Below are positions 23,719 through 35,540 of a DNA stretch of 64,000 bases, piece after piece; the stretch's first letter is position 1, and each line of letters opens with the position of its first letter. The notes beneath the pieces were generated by a model that saw only the letters and a list, made by a program, of their open reading frames with translations, did no database searches and was not told the origin of the DNA. Position numbers and translations under genes: made by a program. Source of the stretch: Mobula hypostoma (taxonomy: Eukaryota); the NCBI RefSeq assembly GCF_963921235.1, contig NC_086097.1, forward strand, positions 12,710,001 through 12,774,000, written 5' to 3'.

Positions 23719-24351
23719 TAATGTCTATTTAAGCAGAAAATGTGCAAAAGGGACTGACTTCAAAAGATGTCAAGTCCTCAATTTAAACGAAGAAAATGGA
23801 ATAGAAGCATTTGCTAAAAGGCTAAGAGTTGGATGGAACTGGAGGAGAATCATTAATATGATGTACACTGTTCCATATTATCTAATGTTTTGGTTGATAC
23901 GTGCGCTGAAATATACCTGTCAGGTGAAATTATTGCTCCTGGCTATGATGCTAAATAACAAGTCTCGGTGAAAAGTGCTTTTGGGTTGCATCTCCACTAT
24001 GTATTTAGCCCTCCCCACAAGTGAGAACATCTACAACGAGCACTGTCAGAGGAAAGAGCATCCATTATCAAGGACTCTCACCACCCAGGTCATGCTCTCT
24101 TCTCACTGCTTCCATCAGGGAGGTACAGGAGCCTTAGATCCCACACCACCAGATTCAAGAGCAGTTATTGCCCCACAACCGGATTGGGTAGCCTCACAAA
24201 CTCCAATCTGAATTGATTCCACAAGCTAAGAACTCATTTTAAAGATCTCTACAACTTGAGTTCTCAATATGGATTACTTATTTATTATTATTTTTTTTAT
24301 TTGCACTTGCACAGTTTGTTACCTTTTGCATAGTGGTTGTTTATCCATCTT

Positions 24352-24939
24352 CCCGGGGGAAGCGACAGTGGCCCTGCCTCCGGCACAGAGTCTGGCCCTG
24401 TAGCTCAGAAGGGTAGGGCAAGGAAGAGGAGGGCAGTTGTGATAGGGGACTCGATAGTAAGGGGGTCAGATAGGCGATTCTGTGGACGCAGTCCAGAGAC
24501 TCGGATGGTAGTTTGCCTCCCTGGTGCCAGGGTCCGGGATATTTCTGATCGTGTCCAAGATATCCTGAAGTGGGAGGGTGAAGAGCCAGAGGTCCTGGTA
24601 CATATAGGTACCAATGACATAGGTAGGAAAAGGGATGAGGTCCTGAAAGAAGAATATAGGGAGCTAGGAAGGGAGTTGAGAAAAAGGACCGCAAAGGTAG
24701 TAATCTCGGGATTACTGCCTGTGCCACGCGACAGTGAGAGTAGGAATGCAATGAGGTGGAGGATAAATGCGTGGCTGAGGGATTGGAGCAGGGGGCAGGG
24801 ATTCAAGTTTTTGGATCATTGGGACCTCTTTTGGCGCAGGTGTGACCTGTACAAAAAGGACGGGTTACACTTAAATCCTAGGGGGACCAATATCCTGGCA
24901 GGGAGATTAGCGGGGGCTACTGAAGTGACTTTCAACTAG
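24352..24939 (+). CDS. CR1 ORF1 C-terminal SGNH/GDSL esterase-like domain (5'-truncated)
   Basis: Blocks VIGDSIVRG, LPGA, HIGTND and DGLHLN. The TTG start at 24337 lies in flanking DNA. Confidence 0.9.
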   Translation, partial: PGGSDSGPASGTESGPVAQKGRARKRRAVVIGDSIVRGSDRRFCGRSPETRMVVCLPGARVRDISDRVQDILKWEGEEPEVLVHIGTNDIGRKRDEVLKEEYRELGRELRKRTAKVVISGLLPVPRDSESRNAMRWRINAWLRDWSRGQGFKFLDHWDLFWRRCDLYKKDGLHLNPRGTNILAGRLAGATEVTFN

Positions 24940-24944
24940 AATGG

Positions 24945-27944
24945 TTGGGGGGTGGGAATCAACTTAAAGAGGCTAGGTGTGAGGAGGTTAGTTCACAACA
25001 GAGGGATGGGAACCAGTGCAGAGAGACAGAGGGGTGTAAAGTGAGCATAGAAGCAAAAAGTACAAAGGGGAAAAGTAAAAGTGGCAGGCCGACAAATCCA
25101 GGGCAAGCATTAAAAAGGGCTAAGAGAGTTGTAAAAGAGCGCCTGAAGGCTTTATGTGTCAATGCAAGGAGCATTCGTAATAAGGTGGATGAATTGAAAG
25201 TGCAGATTGTTATTAATGATTATGATATAGTTGGGATCACAGAGACATGGCTCCAGGGTGACCAGGGATGGGAGCTCAACGTTCAGGGATATTCAATATT
25301 CAGGAGGGATAGACATGAAGGAAGGGGAGGTGGGGTGGCGTTGCTGGTTAAAAAAGAGATTAACGCAATAGAAAGGAAGGACATAAGCCGGGAAGATGTG
25401 GAATCGATATGGGTAGAGCTGCGTAACACTAAGGGGCAGAAGACGCTGGTGGGAGTTGTGTACAGGCCACCTAACAGTAGTAGTGAGGTCGGAGATGGTA
25501 TTAAACAGGAAATTAGAAATGTGTGCAATAAAGGAACAGCAGTTATAATGGGTGACTTCAATCTACATGTAGACTGGGTGAACCAAATTGGTAAAGGTGC
25601 TGAGGAAGAGGATTTCTTGGAATGTATGCGGGATGGTTTTTTGAACCAACATGTCGAGAAACCAACTAGAGAGCAGGCTATTCTGGACTGGGTTTTGAGC
25701 AATGAGGAAGGGTTAATTAGCAACCTTGTCGTGAGAGGCCCCTTGGGTAAGAGTGACCATAATATGGTGGAATTCTTCATTAACATGGAGAGTGACGTAG
25801 TTAATTCAGAAACAAAGGTTCTGAACTTAAAGAGGGGTAACTTTGAAGGTATGAGTCGTGAATTAGCTAAGATCGACTGGCAAATGACACTTAAAGGATT
25901 GACGGTGGATATGCAATGGCAGGCATTTAAAGGTTGCATGGATGAACTACAACAATTGTTCATCCCAGTTTGGCAAAAGAATAAATCAAGGAAGGTAGTG
26001 CACCCGTGGCTGACAAGAGAAATTAGGGATAGTATCAATTCCAAAGAAGTAGCATACAAATTAGCCAGAGAAAGTGGCTCACCTGAGGACTGGGAGAAAT
26101 TCAGAGTTCAGCAGAGGAGGACAAAGGGCTTAATTAGGAAGGGGAAAAAATATTATGAGAGAAAACTGGCAGAGAACATAAAAACGGACTGTAAAAGCTT
26201 TTATAGATATGTAAAAAGGAAAAGACTGATAAAGACAAATGTAGGTCCCCTGCAAACAGAAACAGGTGAATTGATTATGGGGAGCAAGGACATGGCAGAC
26301 CAATTGAATAATTACTTTGGTTCTGTCTTCACTAAGGAGGACATAAATAATCTTCCAGAAATAGTAAGGGACAGAGGGTCCAGTGAGATGGAGGAACTGA
26401 GCGAAATACATGTTAGTAGGGAAGTGGTGTTAGGTAAATTGAAGGGATTGAAGGCAGATAAATCCCCAGGGCCAGATGGTCTGCATCCCAGAGTGCTTAA
26501 GGAAGTAGCCCAAGAAATAGTGGATGCATTAGTGATAATTTTTCAAAACTCGTTAGATTCTGGACTAGTTCCTGAGGATTGGAGGGTGGCTAATGTAACC
26601 CCACTTTTTAAAAAAGGAGGGAGAGAGAAACCGGGGAATTATAGGCCGGTTAGCCTAACGTCGGTGGTGGGGAAACTGCTGGAGTCAGTTATCAAGGATG
26701 TGATAACAGCACATTTGGAAAGCGGTGAAATGATTGGACAAAGTCAGCATGGATTTGTGAAAGGAAAATCATGTCTGACGAATCTCATAGAATTTTTTGA
26801 GGATGTAACTAGTAGAGTGGATAGGGGAGAACCAGTGGATGTGGTATATTTGGATTTTCAAAAGGCTTTTGACAAGGTCCCACACAGGAGATTAGTGTGC
26901 AAACTTAAAGCACACGGTATTGGGGGTAAGGTATTGGTGTGGGTGGAGAATTGGTTAGCAGACAGGAAGCAAAGAGTGGGAATAAACGGGACCTTTTCAG
27001 AATGGCAGGCGGTGACTAGTGGGGTACCGCAAGGCTCAGTGCTGGGACCCCAGTTGTTTACAATATATATTAATGACTTGGATGAGGGAATTAAATGCAG
27101 CATCTCCAAGTTTGCGGATGACACGAAGCTGGGTGGCAGTGTTAGCAGTGAGGAGGATGCTAAGAGGATGCAGGGTGACTTGGATAGGTTGGGTGAGTGG
27201 GCAAACTCATGGCAGAAGCAATTTAATGTGGATAAATGTGAAGTTATCCACTTTGGTGGCAAAAATAGGAAAACAGATTATTATCTGAATGGTGGCCGAT
27301 TAGGAAAAGGGGAGGTGCAACGAGACCTGGGTGTCATTATACACCAGTCATTGAAAGTGGGCATGCAGGTACAGCAGGCGGTGAAAAAGGCGAACGGTAT
27401 GCTGGCATTTATAGCGAGAGTATTCGAGTACAGGAGCAGGGAGGTACTACTACAGTTGTACAAGGCCTTGGTGAGACCACACCTGGAGTATTGTGTGCAG
27501 TTTTGGTCCCCTAATCTGAGGAAAGACATCTTTGCCATAGAGGGAGTACAAAGAAGGTTCACCAGATTGATTCCTGGGATGGCAGGTCTTTCATATGAAG
27601 AAAGACTGGATGAACTGGGCTTGTACTCGTTGGAATTTAGAAGATTGAGGGGGGATCTGATTGAAACGTATAAGATCCTAAAGGGATTGGACAGGCTGGA
27701 TGCGGGAAGATTGTTCCCAATGTTGGGGAAGTCCAGAACGAGGGGTCACAGTTTGAGGATAGAGGGGAAGCCTTTTAGGACCGAGGTTAGGAAAAACTTC
27801 TTCACACAGAGAGTGGTGAATCTGTGGAATTCTCTGCCACAGCAAACTGTTGAGGCCAGTTCATTAGCTATGTTTAAAAGGAAGTTAGATATGGCCCTTG
27901 TGGCTACAGGGGTCAGGGGGTATGGAGGGAAGGCGGGGTTCTGA
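24945..27944 (+). CDS. CR1 ORF2, intact endonuclease + reverse transcriptase
   Basis: 999 open codons; the first in-frame ATG is at 25548. Confidence 0.95.
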   Translation: MGGGNQLKEARCEEVSSQQRDGNQCRETEGCKVSIEAKSTKGKSKSGRPTNPGQALKRAKRVVKERLKALCVNARSIRNKVDELKVQIVINDYDIVGITETWLQGDQGWELNVQGYSIFRRDRHEGRGGGVALLVKKEINAIERKDISREDVESIWVELRNTKGQKTLVGVVYRPPNSSSEVGDGIKQEIRNVCNKGTAVIMGDFNLHVDWVNQIGKGAEEEDFLECMRDGFLNQHVEKPTREQAILDWVLSNEEGLISNLVVRGPLGKSDHNMVEFFINMESDVVNSETKVLNLKRGNFEGMSRELAKIDWQMTLKGLTVDMQWQAFKGCMDELQQLFIPVWQKNKSRKVVHPWLTREIRDSINSKEVAYKLARESGSPEDWEKFRVQQRRTKGLIRKGKKYYERKLAENIKTDCKSFYRYVKRKRLIKTNVGPLQTETGELIMGSKDMADQLNNYFGSVFTKEDINNLPEIVRDRGSSEMEELSEIHVSREVVLGKLKGLKADKSPGPDGLHPRVLKEVAQEIVDALVIIFQNSLDSGLVPEDWRVANVTPLFKKGGREKPGNYRPVSLTSVVGKLLESVIKDVITAHLESGEMIGQSQHGFVKGKSCLTNLIEFFEDVTSRVDRGEPVDVVYLDFQKAFDKVPHRRLVCKLKAHGIGGKVLVWVENWLADRKQRVGINGTFSEWQAVTSGVPQGSVLGPQLFTIYINDLDEGIKCSISKFADDTKLGGSVSSEEDAKRMQGDLDRLGEWANSWQKQFNVDKCEVIHFGGKNRKTDYYLNGGRLGKGEVQRDLGVIIHQSLKVGMQVQQAVKKANGMLAFIARVFEYRSREVLLQLYKALVRPHLEYCVQFWSPNLRKDIFAIEGVQRRFTRLIPGMAGLSYEERLDELGLYSLEFRRLRGDLIETYKILKGLDRLDAGRLFPMLGKSRTRGHSLRIEGKPFRTEVRKNFFTQRVVNLWNSLPQQTVEASSLAMFKRKLDMALVATGVRGYGGKAGF

Positions 27945-28077
27945 GTTGGATGATCAGCCATGATCATAATAAATGGCGGTGCAGGCTCGAAGGGCCGAAT
28001 GGCCTACTCCTGCACCTATTTTCTATGTTTCTATGTTTCTATGTTTCACTGTGTGCAGTGTTTCACTGATTCTATTG

Positions 28078-28700
28078 AAAACTAAAGAAATTTGGCCTGT
28101 CCCCTAAAACCCTCACTAATTTTTATAGATGCACCTCAGAAAGCATTCTTCTAGGGTGCAGCACAACCTGGTATGGAAGTTGTCCTGTCCAAGACCGAAA
28201 GAAGCTGCAGAGGATCGTGAACACGGTGCAGAACATCACACAAACCAATCTTCCGTCCTTGGACTCACTTTACACCGCATGCTGTCGGAGCAGTGCTGCC
28301 AGGATAATCAAGGACACGACCCACCCAGTCAACAGACTTTTCATCCCTCTTCCCTCCGGGAGAAGGCTCAGGAGCTTGAAGACTTGTACGGCCAGATTTG
28401 GGAACAGCTTCTTTCCAACTGTGATAAGACTGCTGAACAAATCCTGACCCGGATCTGGGCCGTACCCTCCAAATATCCGGACCTGCCTCTCGGTTTTTTG
28501 GCACTACCTTACTTCCCATTTTTCTATTTTCTATTTATGATTTATAATTTAAAATTTTAATATTTACTCATTTTAACTATTTTTAATATTTTTAATATTT
28601 AATATTTGTAATCCAGGGAGTGTGAAGTGCAGAATCAAATATCACTGTGATGATTGTACGTTCTAGTATCAATTGTTTGGCGACAATAAAGTATAAAGTA
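28078..28700 (+). mobile_element. Rex1/Babar-like LINE 3' fragment with 5-bp TSD
   Basis: IIKDTTHP...LPSGRRLRS...SFFPTVIRLLN. TATTG is present at 28073-28077 and 28701-28705. Confidence 0.85.
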
Positions 28701-29014
28701 TATTGTGTTTCTTTCTATTTACTGTGAAAGCCGGCAAGAAAAAGAACCTTAGGGTAGTATATACCCACATGTGTATTTTGATAATAAATTTACTTTGAAG
28801 TTTTGTCAAACAAGGTCAGGGACAAACTTTGAATAGCTGTCACAGAATAATATTGTTGCTCTCTGTTTTAGACCACAAGTGAGGAATGGACTGTTGAGCT
28901 AAGTCGTTTTGTGGTTCTGTACATAATACCCAAAAATCTGATTGCCTGATGGAACAATATTAGAAATAACCTCAAAATTGGTGCACATTTGACACTTATC
29001 TTGCATAATCTCAC

Positions 29015-29108
29015 CTAGATGCCCTTGATCTCTATTGAGCTGGGATACATAGCTTCTGCTCTCCACAAGTTCATATAATTTTCCACACAAATTTGGCCCT
29101 TGGTTCTT
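29015..29108 (-). CDS. Candidate internal exon (KNQGPNLCGKLYELVESRSYVSQLNRDQGHL)
   Basis: Acceptor aagcAG, donor GTGAGA; 94 nt, phase 0 to 1. Confidence 0.4.
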
Positions 29109-29600
29109 CTGCTTGAACAATGTAAAGGGTCAAAGTTCAAAGTGCAGATAGTCAGTAAATTCGAAACCAGAAGTGGAAACTGTTAAGAAATAATGATTAA
29201 TTTTCAGAGACTGCAATTAAAGATATTCTGCAGTTTATATGTGGTAGAAAGAAAGAAATTCTATTGTCTTGTGACCTGGGGAATGAATTATATGGCCAGG
29301 TGCAAGTACTTTGGACTTCAAGATATTGTATAATCTCCAGTTACAAGATCAAGAAATACAAGAGCAATAATTTTCCCACTACCCACATAATTACAACCAA
29401 AAGTGTTGCTTTTCGTTATCTTGGTCTGGAGCCTGATCAACCCTGGATGAGATGAATGGGTGAGAGTGTCTGGTGTTGAAAGACCTGAAACACCCAATTA
29501 TCCCAGTTTACATCACTGATGATGTGTTCCAGCTCACTCCATGTTAATAAAGGCAAGTAGTGTTAAACCAGGTTAATGAAAGCATGGGCCAGATTAAGGT

Positions 29601-30243
29601 TCACAACACGCTGGAGGAACTCAGCAGGTCGAGCAGCATCCGTGGAAATGATCAGTCAACGTTTCGGGCCTGAACCCTTTGTCGGGACTGAGGAGGGAAG
29701 GGGGCAGAGGCCCTATTCTTATTCTCCCACTACCCGCTTTCCTCCCCGCGACTCCCAACCTTCCTTCTACCCCTCATTGCCCCTCCGTTCCTCTGATTCC
29801 TCATCCACCCCTAACCCTGCTCGCCCTGAATATCCCAACTCCCACCTCCTGAGACCTCCCACTCTTTACCCTCCTCTGACCACAGCCCCAACCCTTGCCG
29901 TGTCTTCACCATCCCCTCTGACCTTCCCCTCTCTGAGGCAGAATGTTCTGTCCTTAGCAAGGGCCTCACTTTTGTCCCCCTCCATCCACACCTCAGTGAG
30001 TTCCATGCCCGCCATGACGCAGAACTCTTCTTCCGTCGCCTACGTCTCCGAGCCCACTTCTTTGGCAATGATTCCCCTCCCCCTACTGATGACCCCTTCT
30101 TAGAGCCCCTGCCCCCTCCTTCTTCAGTCCTGACGAAGGGTTCCGGCCTGAAACGTTGACTGATCGTTGCCCGACCTGCCGAGTTCCTCTAGCGTGTTGT
30201 GAGTGTTGCTTTGACCCCAGCATCTGCAGAGTATTTTGTGTTT
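29601..30243. mobile_element. Short PLE derivative with inverted hammerhead-containing termini and 17-bp TSD
   Basis: Inverted termini ~29602-29715 and ~30100-30202 enclose a PLE ORF N-terminal fragment. Flanks are ATGGGCCAGATTAAGGT (29584-29600) and ATGGGCCAAATTAAAGT (30244-30260). Confidence 0.85.
30125..30162 (+). ncRNA. Minimal type I hammerhead ribozyme motif (PLE)
   Basis: CAGTC-CTGACGA-A-GGGT-TCCG-GCCT-GAAA-C-GTT-GACTG. Confidence 0.7.
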
Positions 30244-30919
30244 ATGGGCCAAATTAAAGTGGCCGGGTCGAGTGACAAAGTAAAGAAACACAAGAGGGAT
30301 AATTTTCTGACTGCCCGCATAATTACACTGCAGAAAGAAAGATGGAGAAACTAGCATGTATGTTCAGATCTGTTCTTTGTGTTAGAGGTAGGGACTGAGT
30401 GAGAGACACACAAAAATAGATGAAGCAGGAAAAGGGCATGTTATGGGTGACAGGGACACTTAGTGATGGATGCTATCTTTCTGAGGCATCACCTTTTGAA
30501 GATGACCATGATGCTGGGGAGGCTAGTGCACATAATGGAGCTGGAAGAGTTTGCAACTTTCTGCAGGTTTTACCACCCAGTCCTTGGTTCAGAGTACTGA
30601 CTGGTGAGAGGATTTCTTTTTGGAGTGCACCCAGATCTGACACCATGGATAGAGCTGAGATAGGCCAAAAAAGCAATGGCTAAAAGGGATATTAGGGATA
30701 TTAGAGTTAGGGGAGCAGGCAGGCATTTCTGTAGTTGAAGATTTAAGTCAACATGGTACTTTGGCACTTTGGTGTCATGATTGTACATGTAAATCAGCAA
30801 AGGTAGAACATTCTGAGAGGGAGGGATGAACTACCAGAGTACCCGGTCCACATCAGTAGCAATGGCACTGGTAAGCAAAGGGTCAGTCCATCTGACAATA
30901 TTAAATGAATCAGGTATTA

Positions 30920-31340
30920 GACTAACAACCAGGACATTAAATAATGTAAAAGGAGAGAGAAAAGAATGAAAATAAGTGAGAGAGTGTACATGGGTTCATC
31001 ATCCATTAAGAAATCAGAAGTCAGAGGAGATGAAGCGGTTCCTAAAATGCTGAGTGTGTCTTCATACTGCACCACCTCCTTGATGGTAGCAAAGGGAAGA
31101 GGGCATGTCCTGAGGGTTATGAGGGTCCTTAATGATGGATGCCGCCTTTTTGAGGCCTCGCTTTGGAAGATGTCCTCAATGCTGGGGAGGTTAGTACCCA
31201 CAATAGAGTTCACTGAGTTTGAAACTTTTACCATTCCTGTGCAGCTTGTGGTGCAACCGGTCAGAATGCTCTCCGCAGTACATCGGCAGGAATTTGCCAG
31301 AGTCATTGGTGACATACCAAATCTCCTCAAACTCCTAATG
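30920..31340 (-). mobile_element. Old Rex1/Babar-like 3' fragment
   Basis: LRRFGMSPMTL...ESILTGC remnant. Related tails lie at ~8520-8860, 23990-24350, 32900-33290, 45580-46080 and 53430-54200. Confidence 0.7.
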
Positions 31341-31675
31341 AATGCACTCCAGGCTCCCACCACTGTGTAAAAATCTTAGACATGACAACACTCCTACATT
31401 TTCCTACAATCACCTTAAAGGTTTCAGATGAAATAAAATAGGGTAATAATAATAGAGGAGGGCTGAATTCTTGCTGAAAGAAACAATCACAGTTGTGAGG
31501 AGGAACAGTGAGCTACAGGCATAATGATCCTCAAGTGAGGCTTTATGTTTGAATCAAAGAATGAAAAAGAGTAATAAAGCTACTGGGAATGCATCATAGA
31601 CTGTAAATAGTCTGAAGGAGAGGAAAGAACAAATCTCTGGTGAAAAGCAAAACAATGGTAATGGATGGAAACTTG

Positions 31676-32165
31676 CACTCAGTATGTTCATGGTGTCCTG
31701 TTGCTGAATCCCATCCATCTCAACATGTTATGCATTCAAACATGATTTTCTGCACATTACATTGTTACACATGGTTACCTGAGTTACTGTTGCCTTCCTG
31801 TCAGCTTGAACCAGTCTGGCCATTCTCCTTTGAGCTCTTTAATTAACAAGGCGTTTTCAACCACTCATCTGCAACTGAACAGATGTTTTTTTTTGCTTTA
31901 CACACCATTCTCTGTAAACCCTAGAGACCATTGTGCATGAAAATCAGCAATTTCTGAAATACTCAATCCACCCCATCTGGTGCCAACAATCATTCCATGG
32001 ACAACATTAATTAGATCACATTTCTTTCCCATTCTGGTGTTTGGTCTGAATGATAACTGAACCTCTGATAACTGATATCTGCATGTTTTCATGCCACATA
32101 ATTGGCTGATTAGATATTTGCATTAATGAGGTATGCAGGTGTTCCTTGTAAATTGCCATTGAGTG
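31676..32165 (-). mobile_element. Non-autonomous Tc1-like transposon
   Basis: Ends CACTCA.../...TGAGTG-TA. Transposase N-terminal remnant MGKKCDL...GMIVG...GLSISE. Confidence 0.7.
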
Positions 32166-35100
32166 TAACTTGCTTTAGTATGGACTGGGATGCAGTCAGT
32201 ATAACAGTGAAGTATATCTTTTACATATATACTTATGAAAGTATAGAAGAGGACAGGGAATTCCTAAGCAACACACACAAAACACTGGAGGAACTCAGCA
32301 TCCGTGGTAAAGAATAAACAGTTGACATTTCAGGACAATACTTTTCATCAGGACTGAGGCAGTTCCTCAGTGTGGAGGAGCAACACTTCATATTCCATCT
32401 GGGTAGCCTCCAGCCTGATGGCGTGAGTATCAATTTCTCCTTCCAGTAAACAAGTTTCCTCCCCCACTGTTCCCCATTCTGATCTTTTACCTCTTCTCAC
32501 CTGCCAATTACTTCCCACGGGACCCCTCCTCCTTCCCTTTTTACTGTGGTCCTCTCTCTTGTCCTGTCAGACTTCTCCTTCTCCAGTCTTTGAAGCAGAA
32601 GTGGGAAGGAAGAACAGTTTAATTTCAAAGAATGATACTGTTCAGGTGTGTTTTCTCAAGACTGATTAAAGGTCATTGACTCTCCAAAACATGCTGCCTG
32701 ACCTGCTGTGTTTCCAATCATTTTCTGTTTTCATTTCATGTGAATGGAACATCAGCAAGAAAGCATTTTTCCGCTCATCATCTTAACTCCATTTGACTCA
32801 TCATTGTTATGGAAAAGTGCAAGGTGCTAAGAAAGAAAAGTGAGGAAACACTGACTTTATGTGGATGAACAAAATTGACTTGAAGTGGTGAACTTGAAAG
32901 TAAATCAGCATCTGGCCACTGGGTGCTTTTCAAGAAAGAGATCCAAGGGCCGTGCTCTCTTTTCACTGCTGTCTCCTGGAAGGTGGTACAGGAGCCTCAG
33001 GACCTACAGCACCTGGTTCAGGAACAGTTGTTACCCCTCAACTATCAGGCTCCTGAACAAGAGGAGATAACTTCACTCACCCCAACACTAAACTGTTCTC
33101 ACAACTTATGGACTCATTTTCAAGGACTCCACAATTCATTCTCAATACTTATTGCTTATTTATTATTATTTTACCTGGATTTTTTTGTTGTTTCTTTGTA
33201 CTTACTGTGGGTGCCTGCAAGAAAATAAATCTGAAAGATGTGTGCGGCGACATATGTACTTTGATAATAAATTTACTTTGAACTTTGATAGTTCTCATGC
33301 TGAACCTGTTTATATAAAGAGAAACTGTGTGTTTACCAAATCCAGATATCCTGGTTGACAGAGAGGGCATGATAAAGAGAGATAAATAAAGGAGCTAATG
33401 CCAGACAGTGAGAATTTAATACTTCATCAGGCCCCTAGAAGTGTAAAGGAGAGAAATTTAAAAAGTTATTAGGGCCAAAAGTCAAAGGATATCTATTGAT
33501 GTGTTGGCAAGCACGGCAAGGGTAAATGATAGCAATGAGTATGGTCAACAGTAACATTCCAATAACCTTATTCCCTTGGTAATGTCAGATTTTTTACTGT
33601 ACTGTAAATGATTTGTTAATTTTTTTCATGCAAGTCAAGGTTTACACTGTTCAATGGTTCCATTTATAATCAGAGAATATATACAATATACAACATGAAA
33701 TTCTTACTCTTCGCGGACATCCACGAAACAGAAGAAAGACCCCAAAAAATGAATGACAGAAAATGTTAAAACCTTGGTACATGTAATAATAAACCAACTC
33801 CAAATGCTGTTTTTACTAATACCCAAACATTTTTATTCCACTTCTTTTACATGTTACACACACTATTTATCTAGAGATACAGCGTGGAATAGTTCCTTCT
33901 GGACCTTGGAGTTGTACCCTCTGACAACACCGATTTAACCGTAGCATGATGTCCAGCATCTGCAGATTTGCTCATATTTCTGATTTTACCCTATCCTAAC
34001 CATGGGACAATTTGCAACAACCAATTAACCTACTAATGTTTGGACTGTGGGAAGAAACCAGAAGACCCAGAGAAAACCCACACATTCCATTAAGAGGACA
34101 TACAAACTCCTTGTAAGTGATGCTAGGATTGAACTCCAAACTCTGACACCATCATGCTAATAGCATGTGCAGTGGTTAGCATCATGCTAACCACTGCACT
34201 ACCGTGATGCCCCAGTTGCACAAATAAATGTCTCTGCAAGTTTAAAGAAGTCCAGAGTGCTTGTATATATACCACAAGTTTAAAGAGAGCAGGATGTATA
34301 CACAAGTACTCTAGATCTTAGCTCTGATTTCAAGCACACGCATGTTCCTGACTGTTGGTGCTCTGGACGCCAGTCCTGGCTCCAGCCACGTACTCAGCCC
34401 ATTGTCTAACCTCGATTCTGGCTGCACACCCTACTTGCAATCGGGACCCCAGCATTCCTTCCTCCTCATATAGTTTATCACTTAGATCTCAAGTTAGTAA
34501 AACTCATAATGTAATAATTCAAATACTGATCCATCAAGATCCAAATCAACTAAATGGCACATTATTGGAGTTTTACTAATTAGGGATCTAAATGGTAAGC
34601 TGTGTGAGTAGGAAGATGTACTCACATCTTCATAAAATAGAGAGGCTGTGCAAAAACTTTAGTTAAGAAAGGAAGATTATGAAATATGAGAAGGGATAAA
34701 CATGGGAAGAGATTAGCCTTTATGAAAGTAGCTCAACCGTTAGGTCTACATAAGGCACAAAATAAATTAGCATAAATAAAATTCTAGAGGACCTCAGCAG
34801 GTCAGGTAGCATTTACGGAAAGGAATAAAGGTGTCTCAGATAGAGACTATTCATCATCATTTCTGGTCCGCCAACTTTATAATTGTTTAAAGAAATTAAT
34901 TCTCGTGTACAAGGATCATGACAGAATTGGAGTATTAGCCTTGTACCGTTGCTGATAATGAGAGGAAGAAATAAGTAAAGTAATTTTAGACCAGCTATTT
35001 TAACACCAGTGTAACCAAGCAAATAATTGGAAATAACTGCGATGAACAATACAGGCCTTCATTTAGAAGGGCACAAATTAATCAATGACAGTCAGCACAG

Positions 35101-35385
35101 AATTGTTAAAGGAAGATCATGGTTGACTGATGATTGAATTTTTTTTTGAGGTAGTAAAGACAGTCAATGAGGAGAGTATGTTTGATGTAATCTACCAATG
35201 TTAACATAACTTTTAACCAAGTGCACCATGGAAAACTGTGAAACACCATGGACTAAACAACAAATGGGGTGCTATTGTGATGGTGGAGAGACAGGTGGAT
35301 CTCAGAAAGTAGGTCTACAGATCCCTATTGAAAATGAAATAGTCAATAAGCTGGTCAACAATTCAATACCCTTTTCCTTCATTAC

Positions 35386-35538
35386 ATCTAATATGGAAGA
35401 GAAGTTCTCTTGGTTCTGCAACATAGACTCCTCTTCACTTCTGTTTTTTCTTGAGAAAGTGTGCAAGATCACAGAGAATCTACCCAATATCCTTCTGAGA
35501 TCTTCCTTTTTGAGTGTGTCAGTCAACTCAGCATGAAG
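35386..35538 (-). CDS. Candidate internal exon (LHAELTDTLKKEDLRRILGRFSVILHTFSRKNRSEEESMLQNQENFSSILD)
   Basis: 153 nt, phase 0 to 0, donor GTAATG. The acceptor ttttAG abuts a TE tail, which weakens the call. Confidence 0.4.
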
Positions 35539-35540
35539 CT

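Larger units (their letters stand above)
24352..28047 (+). mobile_element. Young CR1 LINE with partial ORF1 and intact ORF2
   Basis: Near-identical to 19341-22541 but extends ~500 bp further 5'. Inserted into an older repeat. Confidence 0.97.
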
